From Planctomycetota bacterium (GTDB lineage: Bacteria > Planctomycetota > UBA1135 > UBA2386): a stretch of DNA of 64,000 nt. The translations under genes and the position numbers were made by a program. Positions 32,001 to 40,228 of the stretch are shown in pieces. Numbering within the stretch: the stretch's first letter is position 1; each line of letters opens with the position of its first letter. Location of the stretch: the NCBI GenBank assembly GCA_046290465.1, contig JBKAGP010000001.1, positions 5,760,001 to 5,824,000 on the forward strand, given 5' to 3'. The notes under the pieces were generated by a model. It searched no databases, was not told the origin of the DNA, and was given only the letters and a program-made list of their open reading frames with translations.

Positions 32001-33368
32001 ATGTCCCATCCCGATCCCAATCCACCCGGCGAAAAGCCGCTGCAGGGCGAGTCCTTGCTGCGCGAAGCCACCGAAGTCGATGGCTTCAAGGTACTGCCGC
32101 CAGCTGTTCTCTACGCTCGAATCGGCGAAGGCGGGATGGGTGCCGTCTTCCGCGGTAGACACTGCCAGTTGGACATCGACGTCGCGGTCAAGTGCCTGCT
32201 GCCGTCGATGAGCGCGGCACGTCCCGAACTCGTGAAGCGCTTCACACGCGAGGCACGGCTCGCAGCCAGCTTGACCCATCAGAACCTGGTTCGAGTGATG
32301 GACGTGCAGCAACACGGGGACTTGCACTATCTGGTCATGGAATACGTCGCCGGTGAGAACGCTGCCGATCGCGTGCGGCGGAAGGGAGCTCTTGGCGAAG
32401 CAGAGGCGCTGCGCATCGTGCTCGGTGCTTGCCGCGGGCTCGCCGAGGCGCACCGGCGTGGCATCGTGCACCGCGACGTGAAGCCCGAGAACGTACTGAT
32501 CGCGACCGATGGACGGGTCAAGCTGGCGGACCTCGGGATCGCGCGGGTTGTCGCGAAGGAGGCCCATGGCTCTGACATCAGCGTTGCCGGCCGCGTCGTC
32601 GGAACGCCCGCCTACATGCCCCCCGAGCAATGGGACACTACCGAGGTCACGCCCGCTGCCGACGTGTGGTCGATCGGCGCGGTGCTGTACTTCCTGCTGA
32701 GCGGTGAGCACGCGATCCCCTCGGGCTCCTACCTCGAGATGGCGCAGCGTGTTCGCGATGAGCCGTTCCCGGAACTGCCGCCTGGCGCTGCCATCCGCGA
32801 GCCGGTCGTCGCGATGCTGCATCGCTGTGTGCAGCGCGACCCTGGTGATCGCTACTCCGACGCTGGCGCACTGCTGTCCGTGTTGCAGCCCCTGGTCGAC
32901 GAGGACGACGCATCGCTGGCCCATACGGTCGAAGCTGGCGCCCCATCGGGGCGCGGCACCGCCATGGTGACCCCGCCGCCGAGGGAAACCGTGCTGAAGG
33001 TCAAGCTCGAGATCGGCGGCAGTGCGGTGGCCGAGGATCCGAGCGCTGGCCAGGAAACCGTGCGCCAGGAGCGCCCGGGTGCGACTGCGGCGACGCGCGC
33101 GAGCGTGGCTCCCGTCGGCGGGGCGACGGAGCCGACACACACGCGTGCGGCGTGTTCGACGTCGCCTGCTGCGGACCGGCGATCGAAGCCGGCCCCGGCA
33201 TCGCCGCATCGTCCACGCTGGCCATGGATCCTGCTGGTCGTGGCGCTGTTGGCCGCCTCGTACGCAGCCTACGAATGGGGGCGCGATGATCGTGTCCATC
33301 CGTTCGAAGGGACGCCCATGCGGCCGATCGACGACGAGCTGCCGGGGGAACTCGGTCGCGGCAGGTGA
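32001..33368 (+). CDS. Membrane-anchored Hanks-type Ser/Thr protein kinase
   Basis: GEGGMGAV, VAVK, HRDVKPEN, DLG, GTPAYMPPEQ, DVWSIG; C-terminal TM WPWILLVVALLAASYAAY. Confidence 0.95.
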   Translation: MSHPDPNPPGEKPLQGESLLREATEVDGFKVLPPAVLYARIGEGGMGAVFRGRHCQLDIDVAVKCLLPSMSAARPELVKRFTREARLAASLTHQNLVRVMDVQQHGDLHYLVMEYVAGENAADRVRRKGALGEAEALRIVLGACRGLAEAHRRGIVHRDVKPENVLIATDGRVKLADLGIARVVAKEAHGSDISVAGRVVGTPAYMPPEQWDTTEVTPAADVWSIGAVLYFLLSGEHAIPSGSYLEMAQRVRDEPFPELPPGAAIREPVVAMLHRCVQRDPGDRYSDAGALLSVLQPLVDEDDASLAHTVEAGAPSGRGTAMVTPPPRETVLKVKLEIGGSAVAEDPSAGQETVRQERPGATAATRASVAPVGGATEPTHTRAACSTSPAADRRSKPAPASPHRPRWPWILLVVALLAASYAAYEWGRDDRVHPFEGTPMRPIDDELPGELGRGR

Positions 33369-33435
33369 GCGCGTGCCGCCGATTCCTTGACGCCTGCGGA
33401 GCTACCGCCTCGAATCTCAGTCGGGTGAAGCCCGG

Positions 33436-34254
33436 ATGCCGGCCACAACACGCACGACCTGCGAAGAGACTTCCTGCACCGAGCACGATGCAGGCGGCTG
33501 CTCGAGTTGGGACGATCAGGGGTTCGAGCTGATGCGGATCCTCCAGGCGAGTCCGCCACAGGAATGCCCGTTCTTCGAACTCGTGTTGCGGCCCAGTGTC
33601 GTCGCCGCGTCACGACGACTGCCTGCCAACATGCAGAACGAGGATCTGCTGAGTGAGGTGGTTCTGCGAGCGCTGTCTCGCTACGGCGGGCGGGGCCCGG
33701 CAAGCGGCGCCGCACCATCGAGACCGGATCAGATTGCGCAGTTCGTCAAGCGTGTTCTGCAGGACGTCAAGCGCCAACAGCGCGGGCGGCGACGCTGCAC
33801 CCAGTGCGTCGCATATCGACCGCACGAAAGTGCAAGTGGTGGCACTTGTACGCGCCAGTACGCGGTGGGCGGGGTTGCGCATGCTCACTGGGATCGCCAT
33901 CTCGACGTACGGGCCGAACCCCATCTCCTGGAGCCGCCTTGTCGCGAGTATGTGGGTTGTTCGACCGTGCCGATGCCGGACGAACAGGCAATCGCGGCAG
34001 CCTCCCAGGGTCGCAGTTCGGTCCGCAAGGAGGGCATGCGTATCGAGCAGCTACAGGAAGCCCTGGCACGGATGATGGCGGAGAACACGCTCCGCGGCCT
34101 ATTGGTCGTGCAGCATCGGATCGATGGCGAGAGCTACGACACCCTTGCAAGGCAGCACGGTCTCAGTCGCGACCAGGTCAAGCGTCGACTTCGTGACGGC
34201 ATGCGGCGGCTGCGAGAACTGATGCGTGATCCTGCCGTGAGCGAGGACTCATGA
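33436..34254 (+). CDS. ECF-type sigma-70 factor with Cys/His-rich insertion
   Basis: Region 2-like NEDLLSEVVLRAL; region 4 DGESYDTLARQHGLSRDQVKRRLRDGMRRLRELM; start uncertain (33436 or 33532). Confidence 0.75.
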   Translation: MPATTRTTCEETSCTEHDAGGCSSWDDQGFELMRILQASPPQECPFFELVLRPSVVAASRRLPANMQNEDLLSEVVLRALSRYGGRGPASGAAPSRPDQIAQFVKRVLQDVKRQQRGRRRCTQCVAYRPHESASGGTCTRQYAVGGVAHAHWDRHLDVRAEPHLLEPPCREYVGCSTVPMPDEQAIAAASQGRSSVRKEGMRIEQLQEALARMMAENTLRGLLVVQHRIDGESYDTLARQHGLSRDQVKRRLRDGMRRLRELMRDPAVSEDS

Positions 34255-35042
34255 GCAACGACCACCAGGACGACTTGCAGCCGACGTTCGATGCGTTGCG
34301 TGCGAAGCTGCGGGACAAGGTCGGCAAGTCCGTTCCGAGTGAAGAACTCGACGCACTGCTCGATGAGCGGGAAAGTGCAGACGAGCGCCGGAGGCTCGCT
34401 CACGCGGTCCTGGCCGACAGGCGTTCGCGAGCTGAGTTCGTACGCCTACTCGCGATCGATCGCGAGATCGCACGCGTGGCTTCGGATGCCGCCGATGTGC
34501 CGACCCCGTCGGCGCCGCCACGGCGTGCGCATTCGTGGATTGTCGGCGCCGGCTTGCTGGCTGCTGCGGCCGGCCTGCTGTTGGTGCTCGTGTTGTCACC
34601 GCCCGGAGCGCCGCAGTGGTCCGTCCAGGTGGTTGGTGCCGAACCGGCGAAGGACCGCAGCTGGCCGGGTATCCGGATTGCGCACGTCGAGGAAGCACTG
34701 GAATTGCGAACCTCGGAGACATCGACTGGCAGCCGGCCAGCGACCCTGCACTGGGTCGCCTACGATTGCCAAACGAGGACGTCCAGGGCCGCGCTGGTCG
34801 AGGTCGGGCAACCGGTAGCGGTCGCTTCCCTGTTGCCGAGCGGGTCCCCGGGTCTGCTGCTGATCGGGGTCACGACGGGCCCTGCCGCGGATCTCGCACT
34901 GCGGCTGCAGGAACTCGCAGCATCGGTGCTCGGTCGTGGTGGCAGGTTCACGACTGCCGCCGAGCTGGCCATGGCCCTTTCTCGCGACGAACCGCCGGCC
35001 TGGGCCGAGTCTGCGGCCGTTTGTTGCGTCCAGGTGCAATGA
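34251..35042 (+). CDS. Putative single-pass membrane anti-sigma factor
   Basis: ATGA overlap with the sigma gene; N-terminal PSEELDALLD...ERRRLAHAV...R resembles an anti-sigma domain lacking Zn ligands; one TM; C-terminal external domain. Confidence 0.68.
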   Translation: MSNDHQDDLQPTFDALRAKLRDKVGKSVPSEELDALLDERESADERRRLAHAVLADRRSRAEFVRLLAIDREIARVASDAADVPTPSAPPRRAHSWIVGAGLLAAAAGLLLVLVLSPPGAPQWSVQVVGAEPAKDRSWPGIRIAHVEEALELRTSETSTGSRPATLHWVAYDCQTRTSRAALVEVGQPVAVASLLPSGSPGLLLIGVTTGPAADLALRLQELAASVLGRGGRFTTAAELAMALSRDEPPAWAESAAVCCVQVQ

Positions 35043-35227
35043 GTCATGCGCCGGGCTCCTGGCCGTTCGGTCGATTCTCGCGGTGGGATTTCGCCCCATC
35101 GTTGCCTGCCGGTCCGCAAGCAGGGTGCATGGCGCATCGTGCCCTATCATCACGCCAGCGAGCCACGGTTCGGATCGTGGACTCGGATCGTGCCGCTATC
35201 GAACCCTCGCAATCCACCGGATCCCGA

Positions 35228-36751
35228 ATGAGACCCACCCATTGCCTCTTCCTCGTCGCCTCCATCGCCATGGCTGCCACCGTGGTCGTAGGTCAGTCCC
35301 AGCGTCCGGGGAAGAACGTCCAGGCTCTCTGCATCGGCATCGACGCATATCGGAGGGGCCCGCTGCCGAATTGCGTGAACGACGCCAAGGACATGCGCAA
35401 GCTGCTGCTGGATAACGGGGTGCCGGCCGGCAACGTGCGGCTGATGGTCGACGAGGAATGCACCCGTCGGGGTATTCTCGGCGCGCTGGAGGAGCTGTCC
35501 GGGCGCGCGAAACCCGGCGACGAAGTGCTGGTGTACTACTCCGGTCACGGCTCGCACAAGCGAGACCGTTCGGGGGACGAACCGGATGGTGCGGACGAGA
35601 CCTGGGTGACCGTGGAACTCGACCAGATTCTCGACGACGAACTCGAGCAGGCGTTTGCCAAGATCCCCGGCACCGTCTACCTCATCAGCGACTCGTGCCA
35701 TTCCGGTAGCGTCAGCAAGGGGATCGAGATCGAGGACGATGAGGAGATTGGCAAGTACTTGTCACCCGAAGAGATCGCCAAGGGTCGGGGTGAACGGGTA
35801 GCGGCGTCCGATTGGCGGCCGCGCGACATCGGCGTCAAGGTCCGCGAGCGCCAGGAGCGTCGCAACGCGTCCGGTGGTTCGGCATCGGCCGGCGGCAGCG
35901 TCGCGGCACGCCTGTTCGCTTCCTGCAGCGACCTCGAGGTCAGCGGTGCATCTCGTCGACGCCGCAACAGCCATTTCACCGGCGAACTGCTACGGGTGCT
36001 GCACGCGACGCGTGGGCGTCGGACGACGTTCGGCGAGGTCCGGGATGCCGTGACCCGGCTGCTGCGCAATCGAGCGTCCCGGTATCCGCAGAACCCGACT
36101 CTGTTTTCCCTGCAGGCCGACCTCGCCATTCCGATGTGGCTCGGCGGTGGTGGGGATTCGTCGCGACCGCAGGCAGCGGGCGCGGAGGCCCGCAATGCGG
36201 CGGCGCGAGTCAACCAGATCGTCGACGGATTGCTACGAAGGACCGCGCGCGCGCCGGCACAGCAACAGGACTGGATCGCCCGCCTTGGTACCCGAGACCG
36301 CCGCTTCGCCTACCGCACGTCGGAGTACCTCGAGCTGGAAGTGTCGTTGCGCGAGGACGCTCCCAAGGTCTGGTTGTGCGTGTTCAATGTCGGCCCGACC
36401 GGCAATCTGACCTTGCTCTATCCCAACGGGCCCGACGGCAATCACCCGCTGAAGGGTGGGCAGACCCTGCACGTAGGTGGACGTTCATCCGAGGTCGAGC
36501 TGCAGCTGAATGGCGAACCCGGACAGGAAGGCATCGTGGCGTTCGCGCTCGAGTGGGACCCGTTCGTCGGTGTCGATTTCGATGCACTGCTCAAGGCGGA
36601 CAATCGATTTCGCTTTGTCAGCGCAGACATGACCAGCGCGCGCCGGCGTGGGGCAGCGACCCTGATGCGTGCGCGCGATATCGGGGTCAAGCCTCGCCGC
36701 CGGGCCGGCGAGGGTTGGAGCAAGGCGGTGCTGACCGTGAGCCACCGCTGA
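35228..36751 (+). CDS. Exported caspase-family (peptidase C14, metacaspase-like) protease fused to DUF4384
   Basis: Signal peptide; CIGIDAY, CVNDA, YYSGHG, DEPDGADE, ISDSCHSG, QNP; C-terminal VFNVGPTGNLTLLYPN...GQEGIVAFA. Confidence 0.92.
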   Translation: MRPTHCLFLVASIAMAATVVVGQSQRPGKNVQALCIGIDAYRRGPLPNCVNDAKDMRKLLLDNGVPAGNVRLMVDEECTRRGILGALEELSGRAKPGDEVLVYYSGHGSHKRDRSGDEPDGADETWVTVELDQILDDELEQAFAKIPGTVYLISDSCHSGSVSKGIEIEDDEEIGKYLSPEEIAKGRGERVAASDWRPRDIGVKVRERQERRNASGGSASAGGSVAARLFASCSDLEVSGASRRRRNSHFTGELLRVLHATRGRRTTFGEVRDAVTRLLRNRASRYPQNPTLFSLQADLAIPMWLGGGGDSSRPQAAGAEARNAAARVNQIVDGLLRRTARAPAQQQDWIARLGTRDRRFAYRTSEYLELEVSLREDAPKVWLCVFNVGPTGNLTLLYPNGPDGNHPLKGGQTLHVGGRSSEVELQLNGEPGQEGIVAFALEWDPFVGVDFDALLKADNRFRFVSADMTSARRRGAATLMRARDIGVKPRRRAGEGWSKAVLTVSHR

Positions 36752-36831
36752 CGCGCGAGGGTCGGATTGACAGGATCGCACGGGTCGAGCAGCCCCGCTG
36801 CATCCGCGGCTCGAGCGTTGCCTGTCGGTAG

Positions 36832-38388
36832 CTACAGGATCTTCTCGGAGATCGTCTTGGCCTGCAGGAACTGCAGCAGGTAGTCCGGGCCGCCGGCCTT
36901 GCTGTCGGTGCCCGACATGTTGAAGCCGCCGAACGGGTGCGCGCCGACCAGCGCGCCGGTGCACTTGCGGTTGATGTAGAAGTTGCCGACGTGGAAGCGG
37001 GCCATCGCCTCCTGCTTGTGCTTGGGGTCGTCCGTGAACACCGCGCCGGTCAGGCCGTACTCGGTGTTGTTGGCGACCTCGAGGCCCTCCTCGAAGTCCT
37101 TGACCTTGATCAGCGCGAGCACCGGCCCGAACACCTCATCCTGCGCCAGCTTCGCGTCGGGCGCGACGTCGGCGAACACGTGCGGCATCACGTAGTGGCC
37201 GTTGCTCGGCGCGTCGTCGCTGCCGACCAGCTGCTTGCCTTCCTTCTTGCCGATGGCGATGTACTCGAGCGACTTCTTCTTCGCGTCGGTGTCGATCACC
37301 GGGCCGAAGTTGTTGCCGTAGCCGGCCGGGTGGTGCGCTTCGATCGCCTCGACCTTCGGCACCAGCTTGCTCTTGAACTCCTCGTAGACGTCCTGGTGCA
37401 CGATCGCGCGGCTGCACGCCGAGCACTTCTGGCCCTGGAAGCCGTAGGCCGCCGCGACCACCGCGTCGACCGCCGCGTCGAGGTTGCAGTCGGCGTCGAT
37501 CAGCATGCTGTCCTTGCCGCCCATCTCGGCGATCAGGCGCTTCATCCACTTCTGGCCCTTCTGCACCTTGGCCGACTGCTCGTGGATCCACAGGCCGACC
37601 TGGCGGCTGCCGGTGAACGAGATGAAGCGGGTCTTCGGGTGCTTGACCATCGCCGCGCCGACGACCTCACCGGGGCCGGTGACGAAGTTCAGCACGTGCT
37701 TGGGCAGACCGGCTTCGTGCATCAGCTCGAGCCACATCGCGGCGACGGCCGGCGACTGTTCGGCGGGCTTCAGCACGACCGTGTTGCCGGCGATCAGTGC
37801 GGCGGCGGTCATGCCGGCCATGATCGCGAGCGGGAAGTTCCACGGCGGGATGACCGCCCCGACGCCGATCGGGATGTAGAGCATCTGGTTGCGCTCGCCC
37901 TCGACCGGCGTGACCAGCTGCGGCTTGCTCGTCTCGAGCATCTGGCCGCAGTAGTACTCGAGGAAGTCGATCGCCTCGGCGGTGTCGCCGTCGGCTTCGG
38001 CCCACGACTTGCCGACCTCGTAGCACAGCATCGCCGAGAACTCGTGCTTGCGTTCGCGCAGCATCTGCGCGGCCTTCATGAACAGGTCGACGCGGTACTG
38101 CACGTCGGTGCGCGACCATTCGCCGAACGCCTCGTGCGCCTTCTCGACCGCGACGTTCGCCTCGGCCTCGCCGAGTTCCTGGTACTTGCCGATCCGCCGC
38201 GACAGCTCGCCGGGGTCGTAGCCCTCGAACGTCTTCTTGCCCTTCACTTCCTCGCCGCCGATCCAGCACGTCCAGGTGCGGCCGAGGTACTCGTCCTGCA
38301 CCTTCTTCAGGGCGGCCTCGAATGCCTGCTTGTTCTCGGGCTGGGAGAAGTCGGTGAACGGCTCGTTGCGGAAGTCGGACAGCTGCAC
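36832..38388 (-). CDS. pruA: L-glutamate gamma-semialdehyde (P5C) dehydrogenase
   Basis: FRNEPFTDFS, EAIDFLEYY, PPWNFP, FTGS, AEMGGKD, GQKCSACSR, EVFGPV, PFGGFNMSGTDSKAGGPDYL. Confidence 0.96.
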   Translation of the reverse strand: MQLSDFRNEPFTDFSQPENKQAFEAALKKVQDEYLGRTWTCWIGGEEVKGKKTFEGYDPGELSRRIGKYQELGEAEANVAVEKAHEAFGEWSRTDVQYRVDLFMKAAQMLRERKHEFSAMLCYEVGKSWAEADGDTAEAIDFLEYYCGQMLETSKPQLVTPVEGERNQMLYIPIGVGAVIPPWNFPLAIMAGMTAAALIAGNTVVLKPAEQSPAVAAMWLELMHEAGLPKHVLNFVTGPGEVVGAAMVKHPKTRFISFTGSRQVGLWIHEQSAKVQKGQKWMKRLIAEMGGKDSMLIDADCNLDAAVDAVVAAAYGFQGQKCSACSRAIVHQDVYEEFKSKLVPKVEAIEAHHPAGYGNNFGPVIDTDAKKKSLEYIAIGKKEGKQLVGSDDAPSNGHYVMPHVFADVAPDAKLAQDEVFGPVLALIKVKDFEEGLEVANNTEYGLTGAVFTDDPKHKQEAMARFHVGNFYINRKCTGALVGAHPFGGFNMSGTDSKAGGPDYLLQFLQAKTISEKIL

Positions 38389-38456
38389 TGGGGGTTCCTG
38401 CGTTGGCGTGGGGAAAATGGGCCAACAGGATGCGGATCGCTGCCCAGAAACGCAAG

Positions 38457-38485
38457 CGACCTGCCGGGAGGTGGCCGGCAGGTCG
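38457..38485. terminator. Strong hairpin, possible terminator between the zinc-ribbon gene and pruA
   Basis: CGACCTGCCGG-7nt-CCGGCAGGTCG, perfect 11-bp stem; only a weak U tract on the minus strand. Confidence 0.45.
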
Positions 38486-38591
38486 TTCGCGGGGATCAGG
38501 TTGTCGGGCGCCCGAGGGCGGAGAAGCCTACCTCACGATGCGGGTTCGTGCGGGGAAGCTTCCTGCCGGGCGGTGGGGTGCTCGGCGCAGC

Positions 38592-38789
38592 CTAGCTCGC
38601 CTGCCACTTGTGGCGCTGCACGGTGTCGTGGAAGGCCTGCTTGTCGTCCCGGTTGAACAGGCGCACGCGGCCGCCGCAGTCGATGCAGAAGCTGTGGTTC
38701 ACGCTCATCAGGAACCGGACGTAGCCCTTGCAGTGGTCGCACCACTTCTGCTCGTTGTAGAACTCGGTGTTGCTCGTCGGGAAGTCCAT
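38592..38789 (-). CDS. Small zinc-ribbon protein (65 aa)
   Basis: MDFPTSNTEFYNEQKWCDHCKGYVRFLMSVNHSFCIDCGGRVRLF; two CxxC; strongly GC3-biased codons. Confidence 0.8.
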   Translation of the reverse strand: MDFPTSNTEFYNEQKWCDHCKGYVRFLMSVNHSFCIDCGGRVRLFNRDDKQAFHDTVQRHKWQAS

Positions 38790-38821
38790 GTTGCTGCGCT
38801 CGTTGGTCACGAACGGTTGAG

Positions 38822-38837
38822 AGCAAGTGGCTTGCCA
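38822..38837 (-). promoter_or_regulatory. Sigma54 (RpoN) -24/-12 promoter
   Basis: Minus strand TGGCAAGCCACTTGCT = TGGCA...TTGCT with exact GG-N10-GC spacing, 32 nt upstream of ATG 38789. Confidence 0.7.
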
Positions 38838-39106
38838 GGTGTCGGAAACCGCGACACGAAATCGTGTTGGAGCCGATGGCAGCGCCGGTTGGCGGCCCGT
38901 GGGGGCAGCTCGTCGGGCGTCGTCGGCGCCGGCGCCGGCGTCGCGACGGCGCGACGGCGGCAGCGGCGGTCGGGGCACGTGCGCAGGCCTGGCTCCGATG
39001 GCACCGGCGCGACACCGCCGCGGTCGCGCAGATCGGACGGTCCGGTGCACGCGACGGTTCGAGGGCACCGCCGCGCGACCGCCTGCAGTCTACCCCACGC
39101 GATCCA

Positions 39107-40228
39107 TCAGACGTCGATCGCGCGACGCAGCTCGTCGCGCACGCGTTCGTCCGGCTCGCGGCGCAGCGCGCGTTCGAGCGACGGGTCGCCGGGCGCGATC
39201 CGGGCCACCGCCCATGCGGCGTGGCCGCGCACCACCGGGTCGTCGTCGAGCATCGCCGCGCGCAGCCGGGGCAGGGCCGCCTCGTCGCGGCGGTTGCCGA
39301 GCACGATCGCCGCGTTGCGGCGCATGCCGGAGCGGGTCGCGCGGCGCATCGCGGTGCCGACGAACTGCGACTGGTAGCGCGCCTCGTCCATCTCGAGCAC
39401 GTCGACCAGCGTCCACGTCTGCACCACCGCGTGCGGCTGCAGGTCCTTCGGCCGGTCGGCGCCGTGGCGTTCGCGCAGGCTGCTGCGCGACGTGAACGGG
39501 CAGACCTCGAGGCAGACGTCGCAGCCGAACAGCCAGTCGCCCTGGGCCTCGCGCAGCGACGGCTCGACGAAGCCGCGTTGCTCGATGGTCGTGTAGCTGA
39601 GGCAGCGGCGCGCGTCGACCTCGAACGGCGCGACGATCGCGCCGGTCGGGCAGGCGTCCAGGCACGCCGTGCACGAACCGCAGGTGCCCGGAGCCGGCGT
39701 GTCGGGCGGCAGCTCCTCGGCGGTCAGCAGCTCGGCGAGCTGCAGGTACGGGCCGTGGGTGGGGGAGATGACCATCGCACTCTTGGCGAGGAAGCCGATG
39801 CCCGCGCGCACGGCGAGCGCGCGTTCGAGCACCGGCACCGCGTCGGTGCCGCCGTTCATCGAGCCGTGCGGCAGGCCCTCGCGTTCGAGCCGCTTGCGCA
39901 GGTCGAAGACGCGGTCCTTGAGCCAGCGGTGGTAGTCGCGGTTGGTCGCGTAGCGCGCGACGCGACCGCCGCCCGCGAGTTCGCCCGGCGGGCCGCCGTA
40001 GTCGACCGCGACCGAGATCGACGAGCGCACGCCGTCGCGCCACCGCGTCGGGTCGAGGATGCGTTCGCGGTTCTGCGCCAGGTAGTCCATCTCGCCGTGC
40101 CGGCCCTGCTCGAGCCAGCTGGCGAAGTGGCCACCGTGCTCGCCGGGGTCGGCCGGTCCGAATCGCACCAGGTCGAAGCCGACGTCGTGCGCGATCGAGC
40201 GGATCGTGTCCGGGCGGACGCCGCTCAC
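39107..40228 (-). CDS. queG: tRNA epoxyqueuosine reductase
   Basis: HGEMDYL, ARYATNRDYH, CGSCTACLDACPTGA, RCLSYTTIE, FGCDVCLEVCPF, RRNAAIVLGN, C-terminal HEAT. Confidence 0.96.
   Translation of the reverse strand: MSGVRPDTIRSIAHDVGFDLVRFGPADPGEHGGHFASWLEQGRHGEMDYLAQNRERILDPTRWRDGVRSSISVAVDYGGPPGELAGGGRVARYATNRDYHRWLKDRVFDLRKRLEREGLPHGSMNGGTDAVPVLERALAVRAGIGFLAKSAMVISPTHGPYLQLAELLTAEELPPDTPAPGTCGSCTACLDACPTGAIVAPFEVDARRCLSYTTIEQRGFVEPSLREAQGDWLFGCDVCLEVCPFTSRSSLRERHGADRPKDLQPHAVVQTWTLVDVLEMDEARYQSQFVGTAMRRATRSGMRRNAAIVLGNRRDEAALPRLRAAMLDDDPVVRGHAAWAVARIAPGDPSLERALRREPDERVRDELRRAIDV

Noticed and set aside
27600..36830. Direct repeats (att sites) or an integrase bounding the island
   Set aside because: Only a weak CAGGAT...GG(A/G)TCGA resemblance at ~27624 and ~36771; no integrase or tRNA
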